Assembly (NCBI GenBank): GCA_965223545.1
Contig: OZ245006.1
Span: 2,752,001 to 2,816,000 of the forward strand
DNA length: 64,000 nt
From: Planctomycetota bacterium
Lineage (GTDB): Bacteria > Planctomycetota > UBA1135 > UBA2386
Direction of reading: 5' to 3'
The translations under genes were made by a program, and so were the position numbers. The notes under the pieces are model-generated. The model saw nothing but the letters and a program-made list of their open reading frames with translations. It was not told where the DNA came from and made no database searches. This document shows, piece by piece, positions 20,874 to 30,505 of the stretch. Every line of letters begins with the position of its first letter. Position 1 is the stretch's first letter.

Positions 20874-22220
20874 TCAGAACGTATTGCCGAACGCGATGGT
20901 CAGCAGGCGGTCCTCCTCGGAGAAGCCGAGGTCGACCCGGAACAGCGCTTCGCGGGCGAAGCCAATCCGGAAGCCCGCGCCGTAGCTGTCCAAGAATCGC
21001 CCCGATCCCAGCGCATCCAGATCGTCGGCCAGCGTGCCGAAGTCGTAGAACAGCGCCGCGCCGATGCGCTCGATGCGGATCGTGTCCGTGATGCGGATCC
21101 CGTACGGCACGATCGCGAAGCGGTACTCGACGGTGCCGTGCACCGCAACGCGATCGGTGAAGCGCCGCTGGATGTAGCCGCGCAGCGTATCCTCGCCGCC
21201 GAGCGTCGGCAGGCTGTAGTAGGGCAGCTCACCGGCGGCAGCGGTGACGAACCCGCCGACGGCGAGCACGTCGGTCGGCGGGTTCTGCTGCTCGGCGGAA
21301 CCCCCGTCGTGCAGCAGCGGGGGCAGCCGGACCGCGCCGTTGGCGTCGAGCGAGAACAACGCGCCGGCATCCAAGCCGGTCTGCAGGGGAGCGACCGCCA
21401 CCGACGCGCCGATGCGAAACCCCTCGTACGGGTTGGCGAGGCTGTCGCGCGCATCGAACGCCGCGCCCGCGCTCAGCCACAGCTGATCGACTCCGTCGGC
21501 CTCGACGAACTGCGCGCGAAAGACGTCGTCGGTGCTCGGCACCGCCTCGACGCGGCCCCGCTGCAAGCCGTGGTGCTGCACCTCGGCGCCGAACGACAGC
21601 ATCGTGTCATCCCCGGCCTCGGGCACGCTGAACCGAGTGCCGACGCCGACCAAGCCGAACTCCTCGGTGTAGGAGCTCTCGGCACTCTCCGGAGTGCGGC
21701 TGCCGAGGCCGAAGAACCGCCGCGTCAGCGTGCGCGAGTAGTGCGCGCTGACCGCGACCGTGCTGCGCTCGTCGCGGATGATGCCGCCGGCGGGAATCGA
21801 CCGGTGGTTGAGCCATCGGCGCCAGTGCATCGACAGCTGCTGCTGCCCCTCCTCCGAGTAGCTGACGACCGCGTTGAGCAGCTCGCGCCACTGACGGTTG
21901 CGGAAGTCCACGTCGGTGACGGCGACGCCCCCGCCGAAGCCGATGTCCTCTTCGCGAAACAGGATCGGCGTGATGAAGCTGCTGACCAGGAAGCGGTCGA
22001 ACATGTCGCCCGGCTTGATCCGGCCGCCCGGCGTGTAGCGCCACCGCTCGGGGTTGGGCAGGTCGTCCGGCAGCTGCGGGCGGACGACCGTGGTGCCGTC
22101 CGCGGCCATGTTCTGGTTGGGGTCGTAGCCGGCCGCTTGGCCGTGCACGACTCCCACCAGGCACACGGACACGAGGACGTGCGCACCCGGGCGCGGAGAC
22201 TGGCGTTGGCGACGACGCAT
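20874..22220 (-). CDS. Omp85/BamA-TamA-like beta-barrel without obvious POTRA domains
   Basis: DARDSLANPYEG, LGGEDTLRGY...RFTD, EYRF, FYDFG, YGAGFR, RVDLG, terminal GNTF; start uncertain. Confidence 0.75.
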   Translation of the reverse strand: MRRRQRQSPRPGAHVLVSVCLVGVVHGQAAGYDPNQNMAADGTTVVRPQLPDDLPNPERWRYTPGGRIKPGDMFDRFLVSSFITPILFREEDIGFGGGVAVTDVDFRNRQWRELLNAVVSYSEEGQQQLSMHWRRWLNHRSIPAGGIIRDERSTVAVSAHYSRTLTRRFFGLGSRTPESAESSYTEEFGLVGVGTRFSVPEAGDDTMLSFGAEVQHHGLQRGRVEAVPSTDDVFRAQFVEADGVDQLWLSAGAAFDARDSLANPYEGFRIGASVAVAPLQTGLDAGALFSLDANGAVRLPPLLHDGGSAEQQNPPTDVLAVGGFVTAAAGELPYYSLPTLGGEDTLRGYIQRRFTDRVAVHGTVEYRFAIVPYGIRITDTIRIERIGAALFYDFGTLADDLDALGSGRFLDSYGAGFRIGFAREALFRVDLGFSEEDRLLTIAFGNTF

Positions 22221-22289
22221 GGGCGCCATTCTGCCGCGCGTGCGCACCAGTGCACGCGCGGGTTCAAGCGCCGCTGGCCGCGCCCTACC

Positions 22290-23525
22290 TCAGAACTCGG
22301 GCCAGGTGACGACGTTGCTGATCGTCAGCTGGCCGGTGGTGCCGTCGAGGCAGGCACCGGCGAACAGCAGTACGCCTGGCGGGAAGCCCGGCGGCAGCGA
22401 GACGTTGGGGGCGCTGAAGCCGACCTTGCCGCTGCTGGGCACCGGTCCGACCACGAGCGTCAACGTCGCCGGCGCCAGCAGGAAGATCCCGCCCGCGTTG
22501 CCGGGACCCGGCTCACACTGCAGCATCGCCTCGAGGGAGAACGGCTGCCCACGCGGCGGACACCGCGGCAACACCGTCAGCTGGCCCGGCAGTGTGTCGA
22601 CGGTGTCGACGCCGGTGGTCCAGATGCCACCTGGCGGGAACGTGCACGCCGTGGTCGTGGCGAGCGCCTTGGTGACGATGTGCACCTGCTCCGGCACCGC
22701 GGTGTGCGTCGTCGTGAAGAACACGTCGTCGTCAGGGTCGTACTCCAGCGAGTGGTAGAAGTTCCCCGGGGGGCTCGAGCTCGCCGCGGGCCCCGAGGGC
22801 AGGGTGAACAGCCCGACGCCGCCGGTGCCGCCATCGACGGTGAATCCGAGACTCGCCGGGGCTCCCGGGCAGTAGTCGACACCCGACACCGGACCGGTCC
22901 CAGCAGCACCTCTGACGTTGGTCACCAGCACTGGCGGCGCATAGGTGCAGTCGGGACGCACGGCCATGCGGTAGATGTCGCCGTTGTTCTGACCGAAGAA
23001 GATGTTGCCGGTCGGATCGGTGCAGACCGAGGTCACCGGCATCGTCGGGGAACTCGCCGCCCCGACCAGGGTCGCCGCCGCACCCCGCTGTCCACGGGGG
23101 AAACGGTACACTCCACCGTCGCTCGCCACGAGCGGGTCGCCGTTGCGGTCGAAGGCGATGCCGTTGATGGTCGAGCTCGCGGCCATCTGTCCCCAGTTGA
23201 GGGAGACGAGGACGTTGCCGGCACCGTCGATGAGAAGCCGGCTGAGCTGGCCCGCGCTGGCGCGGTGCCCGCCGATCCAAACGTTTTCGTTGACGGGATC
23301 GATCTGCACCGCCTTGACGTCCGGGCTGCCGGTCATCGCGGCGAGGCCGTTGACCACCTGGCAATTGCCACTGACCGGATCGACGATCATCAGACCGTCT
23401 GGCGCGGTCGACGTCGCGCTGGTCAGGTAGAAGGAGGCGACGTGGCGACCGTAGGGGATCTGCGCCGAGAGGGGCGCTGTGGCCATGGCGCTCGCGAGAA
23501 GGAGCGCACAGCGGAGGGTGTACAT
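22290..23525 (-). CDS. Secreted beta-propeller-like protein
   Basis: Signal ending PLSA-Q; blade-like repeats (GIAFDRNGD, VCTDPTGNIFFG, LEYDPDDD). Confidence 0.7.
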   Translation of the reverse strand: MYTLRCALLLASAMATAPLSAQIPYGRHVASFYLTSATSTAPDGLMIVDPVSGNCQVVNGLAAMTGSPDVKAVQIDPVNENVWIGGHRASAGQLSRLLIDGAGNVLVSLNWGQMAASSTINGIAFDRNGDPLVASDGGVYRFPRGQRGAAATLVGAASSPTMPVTSVCTDPTGNIFFGQNNGDIYRMAVRPDCTYAPPVLVTNVRGAAGTGPVSGVDYCPGAPASLGFTVDGGTGGVGLFTLPSGPAASSSPPGNFYHSLEYDPDDDVFFTTTHTAVPEQVHIVTKALATTTACTFPPGGIWTTGVDTVDTLPGQLTVLPRCPPRGQPFSLEAMLQCEPGPGNAGGIFLLAPATLTLVVGPVPSSGKVGFSAPNVSLPPGFPPGVLLFAGACLDGTTGQLTISNVVTWPEF

Positions 23526-23559
23526 CGCGGTAGGCTACCACGGCTTGGCGCCACTCGGA

Positions 23560-25866
23560 ATGCGTACCGGAACGCCACACCCTACTCTGACGCTCGACCG
23601 CATCCTGCGCGCCGCGGCCCGCATGGCCATCGTCGCGCTGACGCTGGTGCCGATCCTCTGCGGCGGCGAGCTCGGACTGCCGGCCCTGTACTTTCCGGCG
23701 GTGACCGCCAAGCACGTGGGGTGGTTGGCGCTTCTGGCCATGGCATCGGGCTGCTGTCTCGCGCTGACGCGATGGCGGGGCGCGGCACTCGGTTCGCCGC
23801 TGGGATGGCTGGCGGTCGTCGGCGTCGCGCTGGCCGCTGTAGCCGCGGCCCTCGGCGCGGATGCCACGCAGTCGTGGACCGGATCGTTCGAACGCCTCGA
23901 CGGCGTGCTGCTGACCGCGAGCGGCGCCGCGTATTTTCTCGTCGCCCGGGCGGTGATGGACGCGACCTGGTGGCGCCGGTGGCTCTGGGCCTCGGTCGCG
24001 GTTGCCTGCGTGCTCGCCGCAGTCGCACTGCTGCAGAGCGCGCAGGTCCTGCTCGGTGTCGCGCTGCCCGCATGGATCGCCGACCCGTCGGTCCCCCCGC
24101 CAACCGAGGCGCGCTTCTTTCGCGCCACCGGCCGTTTCGGCTCCGGGGTGTTCGCCGCGTCGTACTGGGCCTTGCACTCGGCCATGCTGATGACGGCGGG
24201 CGCCCGACAGACCGGCCGGCGTCGATTGGCGTTGCTCGCGCTGGCGGCGCTGACGGGGGCCGCCGTCCTCGCCAGCCAAACCCGCATCACCGCCGCGGCG
24301 CTGTGCGCAGTCGCCGGCTGGCTCGGCATCCGCACGGCGCGCGCGGGCACGCTCTCGCCGCGCGGGCGCCGCCTGCTGATCGCGACCATGGCGGCCGCGG
24401 CCTTCGCGATCGCGATCCCCCTGGTGGCACTGGCCATCGACCCGGTGCGCTTCGAGCAGTGGCCCGGCCTGAGCCGCGCGGTCTCCGCGATCCACGAGCT
24501 CGGCCGCCGCGGCCTGCTGTTCGGCGTCGCGTTGCAGGGCTTGGCAGACGCGCCGTGGACGGGGGTCGGCCCCGCCAACTTCGAGCTGGTCTGGGACCGG
24601 CACTTCGAGCCGCGCCTGTGGACCACGGCGGAACGGTTCGACCACCCGCACAACGCGGCGCTGGCGTGGGCGGCGGCCGCCGGCTTGCCGGGCTTGGTCT
24701 GGGTCGCGCTGTTCGCGGCGGCGCTCTGGCGCGCAGTACGGCGGCATCCCGATCCGGTCCCCCGCGCCGCGCTGACCGCGGCCTTGCTCGTCTACGCGGC
24801 GCACGCCGCGCTGCAGCCGACCGCCCTCTGGGACCACATCGCGCTGTGGTCGATCGCGGCGTTCGTCGACCGCCGCGGGCGTCCACCCGATCCCGCAGTC
24901 CACGCTTCTCGACCCGCCGCGGGCTCGGCGCGGCTGGCGCTGGCGGTCGCCATCGCCGCCGGGCTCGGCGCGATTCCACTGGCGCTGGCCCGCGACGCGC
25001 AGCGGCTCGGCGCGCTGGCGCAGCTCCGGGCGGCGCCCGCCATCGCGGAGAGCGCGCCCCGGCACGCGGACGCGCATTGGCAGCAAGCGGCGGGGACGCG
25101 CACCGCGCGCGAGGCCTTCCACGAGATCGGCGTGCTGGCGCTGCGCGCGGCGAGCGATCTGGAGATCGCCGACACCACCGCACTGCCGCTGGCACAGCTG
25201 GTCCAGCGCGCCGCCGACGCGCTGCACGCGGAGCGCCCGGCGCGCGTGCACGAGCTACTGCTCGCAGCCAATGTCGCCATCCAAACCGCGGCACGCGTGC
25301 GCCGCGACCGCGAGCGCTCGCAGTCGCACCTCGAGCGCGCCCGCGCTCTGCTGGAGCGTGCTCTCGAACGCTCGCCCCGGCGCGCCTCGCTGCACGAGGC
25401 GATGGCGTTGGTCCACCTCGGCACCCCCGGCGAGCGCAGACAGGCGATGGCGGCGGCGCGCACGGCGCACGAAGTCGCGGCGGGCAACCACCGCAGCGCG
25501 CTGCACGCGATCGCGATCGCGCTCGGGCTGCGGCGGTTCGAGCTCGCGCAGGAGCTCGCCGCGCCGCTGTATCCCGTCGACGGTGCGCTGCACCGGTGGC
25601 CGAGCGACCGCCTGCTGCAGGCGAGCCGCACCGCGGAACGCCCGCTGTTCTGGCTGCCTCGGCTGCGGCCGCGCGTCGACGCGCTGCGCGGCCTGGTCGA
25701 CCGAGGGGCGGTCGCGCCCGAGGAAGCACGACGGCGCGTCGTCGGCATGGCGGAGCTCCTGGTCGCCGGCGGCCGGCGGGAAGACGCGGTGCGCGCCGTC
25801 CGCGCGTTCGTCACCTGGGATCCCGACTTCGCGACCGAGGCCGAGCGCCGCATCGCGACGTGGTGA
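23560..25866 (+). CDS. O-antigen ligase (Wzy_C)-like membrane protein with C-terminal TPR-like region
   Basis: Many TM helices; SWTGSFERLDG, SQTR, PWTGVGPANF, FDHPHN motifs. Confidence 0.8.
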   Translation: MRTGTPHPTLTLDRILRAAARMAIVALTLVPILCGGELGLPALYFPAVTAKHVGWLALLAMASGCCLALTRWRGAALGSPLGWLAVVGVALAAVAAALGADATQSWTGSFERLDGVLLTASGAAYFLVARAVMDATWWRRWLWASVAVACVLAAVALLQSAQVLLGVALPAWIADPSVPPPTEARFFRATGRFGSGVFAASYWALHSAMLMTAGARQTGRRRLALLALAALTGAAVLASQTRITAAALCAVAGWLGIRTARAGTLSPRGRRLLIATMAAAAFAIAIPLVALAIDPVRFEQWPGLSRAVSAIHELGRRGLLFGVALQGLADAPWTGVGPANFELVWDRHFEPRLWTTAERFDHPHNAALAWAAAAGLPGLVWVALFAAALWRAVRRHPDPVPRAALTAALLVYAAHAALQPTALWDHIALWSIAAFVDRRGRPPDPAVHASRPAAGSARLALAVAIAAGLGAIPLALARDAQRLGALAQLRAAPAIAESAPRHADAHWQQAAGTRTAREAFHEIGVLALRAASDLEIADTTALPLAQLVQRAADALHAERPARVHELLLAANVAIQTAARVRRDRERSQSHLERARALLERALERSPRRASLHEAMALVHLGTPGERRQAMAAARTAHEVAAGNHRSALHAIAIALGLRRFELAQELAAPLYPVDGALHRWPSDRLLQASRTAERPLFWLPRLRPRVDALRGLVDRGAVAPEEARRRVVGMAELLVAGGRREDAVRAVRAFVTWDPDFATEAERRIATW

Positions 25867-25990
25867 GTCGCTGCGATGCAGCTGCTCTCACATCGAGACT
25901 GCTCGCCTCTCGGGGCCAGCCGGCGCCGCCTTGGGCCGATGAACGGGATGCCGCGGGTTTCCGCGGGCACGACACAGCGGGGGGAGATCC

Positions 25991-26794
25991 ATGAAGCAAA
26001 CGTCAGTCTTGAGCGTCCTCGTCGCGGGCGCTCTGTCGCTGCCGGGCTACGCGCCGGCGCAGAACACCGCTCGCGGTGTGGTCACCACTGTGTCCAGCGA
26101 TGGATCGGAAGTGGATTTTCGACGGCAAGTGGTGCGCGGCAAGAACACGGTGTTCGAGTTCTACGCCGATTGGTGAGGCGCTTGCCGCACCACGGGGCCT
26201 CAGTTGGAGGCCGCCATCAAACAGTCCGAGGACACCGTCCTGCGTCGCATCAACATCGTGAGCTGGGACAGCCCGGTCGCCAAGCAACACTCGATCCGCT
26301 CGATTCCACACTTCGTGATGTTCGACACTCGCGGCCGCAAGGTTGCCGAGGGAAAGGACGTTCTCAAGCGAGTGCAGCAATCCGCGACCGTGGCTTCATC
26401 GCGTGACGCGCGCACCAAGGGCCGCACTGAACGGGTGAGAAAGCGCGGGGGCAGCTCGGTGCGGACGGTGGTCCGCAACGGCGACCGAATCCGGCTGACG
26501 ACCGTGTTGGCTCGCGGTCAATACACCGTTTTCGAGTTCTATGCCGACTGGTGTCACGCGTGCGAAGAGTTGGCGCCGAAGTTGGAGACGATGGCCAACG
26601 AGACCGACGGCGTCGCACTCCGCCGGATCAACATCAAGGACTGGGAGAGCCCCGTCGCGAAGCAGTACGAGATCAAGTCGCTCCCACACCTGATCATGTT
26701 CGACAAGAAGGGCAAGCAGGTCGCCGAGGGCCGCGATCAAGTCGTGCGGCGGATGGTCGACCTGCAGCGGGCAGCCGCGACCCCGGGTCGCTGA
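25991..26794 (+). CDS. Exported tandem thioredoxin-domain protein; probable selenoprotein (UGA 26174-26176 = Sec, UxxC)
   Basis: ORFs 25991..26176 and 26204..26794 are in the same frame; EFYADW-U-GAC matches EFYADW-CHAC of domain 2; SECIS-like hairpin follows. Confidence 0.85.
26196..26212 (+). promoter_or_regulatory. Putative bacterial SECIS apical hairpin
   Basis: GGCCTC-AGTTG-GAGGCC; 6-bp perfect stem; G at loop position 2; 25 nt between UGA and loop. Confidence 0.65.
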
Positions 26795-26813
26795 TCGGCT
26801 TGCGCGTTCTCGG

Positions 26814-27179
26814 CTACGACGCTTCCAGGATCTCGATGTCGTAGCCGTCGGGATCGCGCACGAAAACGTAGTTGGAGGCGACCTCGGGCTTGCTGCGCCG
26901 GTACCACCACCCGCGCGCCTCGACGTCCGCGATCACCGGCCCCAGATCGTCGACGTGGAAGGCGAGGTGACCGAACTGCGTGCCGGGCTCGTAGTCGCGC
27001 CCGTCGTGATTGTGGGTCAGCTCCAGGTGGTAGCCCCCGCTCTCGTCGGTGAGGAAGACCAGGGTCGCCTCGTCACCGATGGTCTTGCGGCGCACTTCGC
27101 GGAGCCCCAGGAACCCGGTGTAGAATTCCAGGGCCTTCTGCAGATCCCGGACCCGGATCATGGTGTGAGCCAGTCGCAT
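26814..27179 (-). CDS. gloA: VOC-family lactoylglutathione lyase (glyoxalase I)
   Basis: HTMIRVRD...FY..LG, LELTHN, GHLAF.VDD, FVRDPDGYDIE. Confidence 0.85.
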   Translation of the reverse strand: MRLAHTMIRVRDLQKALEFYTGFLGLREVRRKTIGDEATLVFLTDESGGYHLELTHNHDGRDYEPGTQFGHLAFHVDDLGPVIADVEARGWWYRRSKPEVASNYVFVRDPDGYDIEILEAS

Positions 27180-27333
27180 GCGGCAGAGCATATGCCATTC
27201 GCGATCCGAACCCGCGCCGCCATCGGCCGAAGCAGGGCCCCGGGGGGCCCCGCCGCTTTGCAAACCGGCGCCGACCGGCGATACTTGAAGTGGCCCTCCC
27301 CGCGGAGCCTGCCCACACACCTGAAGACTCCAA

Positions 27334-28938
27334 ATGTTGCTGCGCTACCTTTCGCCGGCCGCCCTCGTGTTGCTCGGGACCGGCTCGGCCATGGCCCAAG
27401 ACCACGCCACGGCGGCCATCAACGACCCGCGGTCGCACGGCGTCGTCGGTGACACCAAGCTCTCGCTCAACGAGGTCATCCTCCTCAACAAGCGGGTGCT
27501 GCTGCAGAGCTCGCTGTCGGCAGCCGAGCAGGGGCAGATCAACGGCTTCGGCGGCGACGTCGCCATCGCCAACATCGACGCCACCATCGTTCCGCGCATC
27601 ACGCTGGAGCGCAACCTGGACACGATCGACGACACCGCGCACGGGCTCAACCTGGTGGGCGTCGGCGGCCAACCGATCATCGATCTGGCCGGCACGCGCG
27701 GCATCGTCATCAACTCGAACTTCGCCGACGTGCGCAACGTCGTGCTCGAGAACGCCGCGATCGCCATCGACATCACGCAGGGCAATGCGATCTACGGCTC
27801 GGTCGTCGACAGCGTCACCTTCCGCAACATCTCGAACACCGCGGTCCGCGTCGCGACGCCGACCGACGGCGACACGACCCAGCTGACGATCGAGCGCAGC
27901 CTGTTCGACGGGGTACCCAACGGGTTCGAGTGGTTCGACACCGGCACCAATCGCCGCGGCAGCCTGACGGTGCAGGGTTCGACCTTCCGCAACTGCAACT
28001 ACGGCGTGCGCGTCCATCTCGGCCCCGGCGGCGTGCTCACCTCCGCGATGCACCGGCTGCGGTTGCAGCAGTGCACGCACGGGATCGCATTCGAGCGGCC
28101 GACCGCCACCGACACGCGCAGCGTCGTCCTCACCAGCCTGCACGCGCTGATCACCGGGGCGCAGTCGGCGTTTTCGTTCCAAGGCCACACCGGCAGCAAC
28201 GACCATCTGGATTTTCACATGGCGGAGTTCGCCGGCAGCAAGCACGCGCTGCGGGTGTGGCCCGCCGGCGCCGGCACCACCGGACTGCTCGAGGACAGCC
28301 GCATCGACGGCCCGGCCGAGACCCTCGGGCTCGGCAACTTCACCCTGAGCAACCTGCGGGCGCGCGGCGCCAGCTGGACGTTTGGCGGCACCGTGCCACA
28401 GGTCGTCTCGACGACGATCTTCGACGGCATGATCGTGGGCACGAGCGAGGGCCAACCCCTGACGTTGAACGGATGCCGCTTCGTCGGCGGCGGCATCGCG
28501 GGCACCGCGGCCGCGCCGGTGTCGGTCAACAACACCTACCTGGGCAGCGCGACGGTGGGCAGCTACGTCTCGGCGAACGGCAGCCTGCCCGCCCCACAAC
28601 TCGGCTCCTGCGATGCCTCGCCCCTCGAGCCACGGATCAACACCACCGCGGCGCTGACCACCGACCTGCCCCCCAACCTGTTCGGACAGTGGTTCTTCGG
28701 GCTCGCCGAAACACTGCCACTGCTGGGCCCGCAACCGATCCACCTCTACTTTTGGCTGTCGTTGCACGTACCCTTGCCGGCGATCGTTGCCGGCAACTCG
28801 CAACTGCCGCTGCAGATCCCCAACAATCCGAACCTGATCGGCAGAAGCTGGATCGCTCAGCTCGCGGTGTTTCCCGGGCCGGGCGTGTCCGCGCCACCAC
28901 TCAACCTCCCGCCCGGGCGCTGGATCGTCGTGCGCTGA
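27334..28938 (+). CDS. Secreted beta-helix-like protein with the shared C-terminal domain
   Basis: Signal ending AMA-Q; parallel beta-helix-like repeats (DSVTFRNI, GSTFRNC); C-terminus LPLQIPNNPNLIGRSWIAQ. Confidence 0.7.
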   Translation: MLLRYLSPAALVLLGTGSAMAQDHATAAINDPRSHGVVGDTKLSLNEVILLNKRVLLQSSLSAAEQGQINGFGGDVAIANIDATIVPRITLERNLDTIDDTAHGLNLVGVGGQPIIDLAGTRGIVINSNFADVRNVVLENAAIAIDITQGNAIYGSVVDSVTFRNISNTAVRVATPTDGDTTQLTIERSLFDGVPNGFEWFDTGTNRRGSLTVQGSTFRNCNYGVRVHLGPGGVLTSAMHRLRLQQCTHGIAFERPTATDTRSVVLTSLHALITGAQSAFSFQGHTGSNDHLDFHMAEFAGSKHALRVWPAGAGTTGLLEDSRIDGPAETLGLGNFTLSNLRARGASWTFGGTVPQVVSTTIFDGMIVGTSEGQPLTLNGCRFVGGGIAGTAAAPVSVNNTYLGSATVGSYVSANGSLPAPQLGSCDASPLEPRINTTAALTTDLPPNLFGQWFFGLAETLPLLGPQPIHLYFWLSLHVPLPAIVAGNSQLPLQIPNNPNLIGRSWIAQLAVFPGPGVSAPPLNLPPGRWIVVR

Positions 28939-29002
28939 CCGCGGTGGAGCGCTGGCGGCCCTCGCATCTGCCGGCGCCCCCTCGATCACGAAGGACGGTC
29001 CC

Positions 29003-30469
29003 TTGCCTCGAGTACATCGCCAAGTCTCTCTTGCCTCCTCGCCGAGCGCCGCGCTGCGCGGGGCCGACGCCGCGCTGGTGATCGCGCCGGCCGCGCGGTT
29101 GACTCCGCGTCGCTGGCCGAAGGTCTTCGGCACCTCGCTCGACGAATGGGTCACGCGCCTCGGCAAGGAGGCTTCGCCGGGCGATCTCGGCGGCACGGCG
29201 ACCACCCTGACCGACACCACGCCGCAACGGCTCACCGTGGGGTCGTTGCCGGACCGCGGTTCGCGCTACAACAGCGCGGCAAGGGCGGAGGCGATCCGGC
29301 GCGTCACCGCTTCGGCGCGCACCGCGCGGGGCACCACGGCGGTGGTGCTCTTGCTCGACGACGCCGAACACCTGACGGCGGCGGCCAACGCAGTCGGCCG
29401 CGCGTTCCCCCTGTTCAGCGCCAAGACCGGCAACCGGCCCGCGGCGAAGCTCAAGATCGCGGCGGTGACCCCCGACGGCAAGGCGGTGCGGCCGACGGCG
29501 CACGCGCGCGAAGTCCTCGAGCACGCGCGGCAGGCGGCCCGGCTGGTCGACAGCCCACCGACCGACATGAACCCGGCAGCGCTGGCGCGTGAAGCGCGGG
29601 CGATGCTGCGCGGCGTCGAGCACGTGCGGTGGACGGAGATCCGCGGCAACAAGTTGCTCGACCGCGGCCTCGGCGGAATCCACGCCGTCGGGCGCACCGC
29701 TCGCAGCGAACCCCGCCTGTTGATCGCCAGCTACGCGCCGCCACGGGCCAAGGGCGCGGCGATCGCCCTGGTCGGCAAGGGCATCTCTTACGACACCGGT
29801 GGCCTGCACCTGAAGGGACGCGGCGCCATGGAGGGCATGAAGGGCGACATGGGGGGCGCGGCGGCCGTGCTCGGCGCCTTCCGCGTCATCGCCGCAACCG
29901 GCGTGCGCCGGCGCGTCCACATGCTGCTCTGTCTCGCCGAGAACGCGATCGGCGCCGCGGCCTACAAGCCCGACGACATCTTGACCATGCACTCCGGCAA
30001 GACGGTCGAGATCAACAACACCGATGCCGAGGGACGCGTGGTGCTGGCCGACGGAGTCTCGTGGGCGGTGCGCAAGCTGGGCGCCGAGATCATCCTCGAC
30101 GCCGCGACCTTGACCGGCGCCCAGATGGTCAGCACTGGCAGCCTGCACGCCGCCGTGATCAGCAACGACGCCGACCTCGAAGCCGCGATGGTCGCAGCGG
30201 GCCACCGCAGCGGTGACTTGGTGCACCCGATGATGTTCGCGCCCGAGCTCTACAAGCAGGAGTTCCGCAGCCCGGTCGCCGACATGCGCAACTCCGTCAA
30301 GAACCGCTCCAACGCACAGGTCAGCTGCGCGGCGCAGTTCATCTACTGGCACATCGAGGACACCGACGCGCGCTGGGCCCACGTCGACCTCGCCGGCCCA
30401 GCACAGCGCGCCGATCGCGGTACCGGCTATGGGGTCGCCCTGCTCGCCGATGCCGTCGCTCGGCTGTAG
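29003..30469 (+). CDS. M17 leucyl aminopeptidase family protein (NPEPL1-like)
   Basis: GKGISYDTGG, MKGDMGGAAA, NTDAEGR..LADG, ATLTGAQ, HVDLAG. Confidence 0.92.
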   Translation: MPRVHRQVSLASSPSAALRGADAALVIAPAARLTPRRWPKVFGTSLDEWVTRLGKEASPGDLGGTATTLTDTTPQRLTVGSLPDRGSRYNSAARAEAIRRVTASARTARGTTAVVLLLDDAEHLTAAANAVGRAFPLFSAKTGNRPAAKLKIAAVTPDGKAVRPTAHAREVLEHARQAARLVDSPPTDMNPAALAREARAMLRGVEHVRWTEIRGNKLLDRGLGGIHAVGRTARSEPRLLIASYAPPRAKGAAIALVGKGISYDTGGLHLKGRGAMEGMKGDMGGAAAVLGAFRVIAATGVRRRVHMLLCLAENAIGAAAYKPDDILTMHSGKTVEINNTDAEGRVVLADGVSWAVRKLGAEIILDAATLTGAQMVSTGSLHAAVISNDADLEAAMVAAGHRSGDLVHPMMFAPELYKQEFRSPVADMRNSVKNRSNAQVSCAAQFIYWHIEDTDARWAHVDLAGPAQRADRGTGYGVALLADAVARL

Positions 30470-30476
30470 CGAGAGC

Positions 30477-30505
30477 ACGGAGCCGGGCTCGATCTTTTGG
30501 CTTCG
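30477..30505 (+). repeat. Degenerate copy of the intergenic repeat family
   Basis: ACGGAGCCGGGCTCGATCTTTTGGCTTCG, 24/29 identical to the 49083 copy; between convergent genes. Confidence 0.55.

Noticed and set aside
20301..25994. 1897-aa plus-strand ORF
   Set aside because: Arg/Ala/Gly-rich shadow frame of high-GC DNA overlapping four better-supported genes; no motifs
26204..26794. Stand-alone 196-aa protein starting at TTG 26204
   Set aside because: Would begin mid-thioredoxin, after the active site; read-through from 25991 is more coherent
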